Assembly: GCA_963816145.1 (NCBI GenBank)
Contig: CAWFJP010000024.1
Span: 1 to 64,000 of the forward strand
Reading direction: 5' to 3'
Source: an uncultured delta proteobacterium
GTDB taxonomy: Bacteria > Desulfobacterota > Binatia > UBA9968
DNA: 64,000 nucleotides
Made by a program: the position numbers and the translations under genes. Below are positions 63,126 through 64,000 of the stretch, piece by piece (positions within the stretch are counted from its first letter, which is position 1; each line of letters opens with the position of its first letter). The notes below the pieces were generated by a model that saw only the letters and a list, made by a program, of their open reading frames with translations, did not search any database and was not told the origin of the DNA.

Positions 63126-64000
63126 CTAGCGTTTTGCACCGGGTGTCTTCTGACCCGCCGGCTGGACAGTCTTCCCTGTGGCTGCCTCATAGGCCAGTCT
63201 GTAGCCGCGCGCGATGGCGCGCACCGCCCGGCCGATGTCGTCGTAGACGTGATCGTCCAGGTTGGCGAACGATATGCGCACCGACCAGTCCGGAGCGGCA
63301 AAGCCGCTGCCGTTGAGCAGCACGATGCCGTGGTCCTCGGCCAGCCGGAACACGATGTCGAGCGGATGCACGTTCGCCTTCATCCACTTGACGACGTCCT
63401 CGCCCAGGTACTTGCGGGCAAAGAACTCGAAGTCGATCAGGCCGTAGTAGTAGTCGAAGAGCGGGTTCTCGCCGACTTCGATGCCCAGCCCCTCGATCGT
63501 CGCCTCGACGCGCTTCTTGACGATGCCGATGCAGGCTTTCTGGTAGTCCTTCTTTGTCGTCCATCAGCTCGCTCAGCGAGAACAGCGTCATCATGACCTG
63601 CTGCGGCAGCGACAGGCCCGCCGTGTGATTGAGCGCGACGTCGCGGCTGTCCGCCACGATGCGGTCGATGAATGCGAGCTTGCGCGGCTCGAGCGTGAGC
63701 CCGCCGTAGCGCTTGTCGAGCAGCTTCTTGATGGGCTCCGGATGCGCGGCGATCATTTCGTCGAAGATGTTGTCCTCGTGGACCGCGATCGTGCCCAGGC
63801 GCCAGCCGGTGCAGCCGAAGTACTTGCTGTAGGAGTAGACGCCGATGGTGTTCTTCGGGAACTCCCCCATCAGCGAGCGGAAGCCCGGCACGAAGGTGCC
63901 GTAGACGTCGTCGGTCAGCAGGATCAGATCCGGCCGCTTCTTGAGCACGGCGCCGATCTTCTTGATCGTCTCGGGCGAGAGCGCCACGGCGAACGGGTTG
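63126..64000 (-). CDS. aspD: Aspartate 4-decarboxylase, 3' part, frameshift at about 63550
   Basis: LTDDVYGTF; YSYSKYFGCTGWRLG (PLP Lys); VALNHTAGLS; VLLNGSGF…RISFANL. Confidence 0.92.

Overview
GC-rich bacterial accessory region. The repeat repertoire and gene set are reminiscent of Candidatus Binatia/'Deltaproteobacteria' (inference). About 50 genes or gene relics lie almost entirely on the minus strand; only a small DUF4258/DUF2283-type toxin-antitoxin pair is on +. Contents: cardiolipin-synthase-like PLD, MlaC, AqpZ, three tandem Cys-type arylsulfatases, DUF2092 plus an Asn-rich repeat protein, a FixL/FixJ-like two-component system with an extra receiver, GH13 and GH63 glycosidases (partly duplicated), two efflux cassettes, phosphoketolase, SulP, NhaP, MgtC, a PPK2-CHAD-SixA polyphosphate module, K+/TRIC channels, an OprD porin and AspT/AspD. 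The main hidden signal is a 20-bp palindrome, TATTG(G/T)AC-N4-GT(C/A)CAATA, found about 10 times upstream of operons across the window. It has an oriented spacer and often a TAnnnT hexamer at a fixed distance, so it is a probable uncharacterised regulon, plausibly of the local FixJ-family regulator. The region also carries about 11 co-oriented truncated gene fragments and several families of REP-like and heptamer-armed inverted repeats, some nested. About a dozen genes are frameshifted, probably at least partly through sequencing error. No rRNA, tRNA or CRISPR array was seen.
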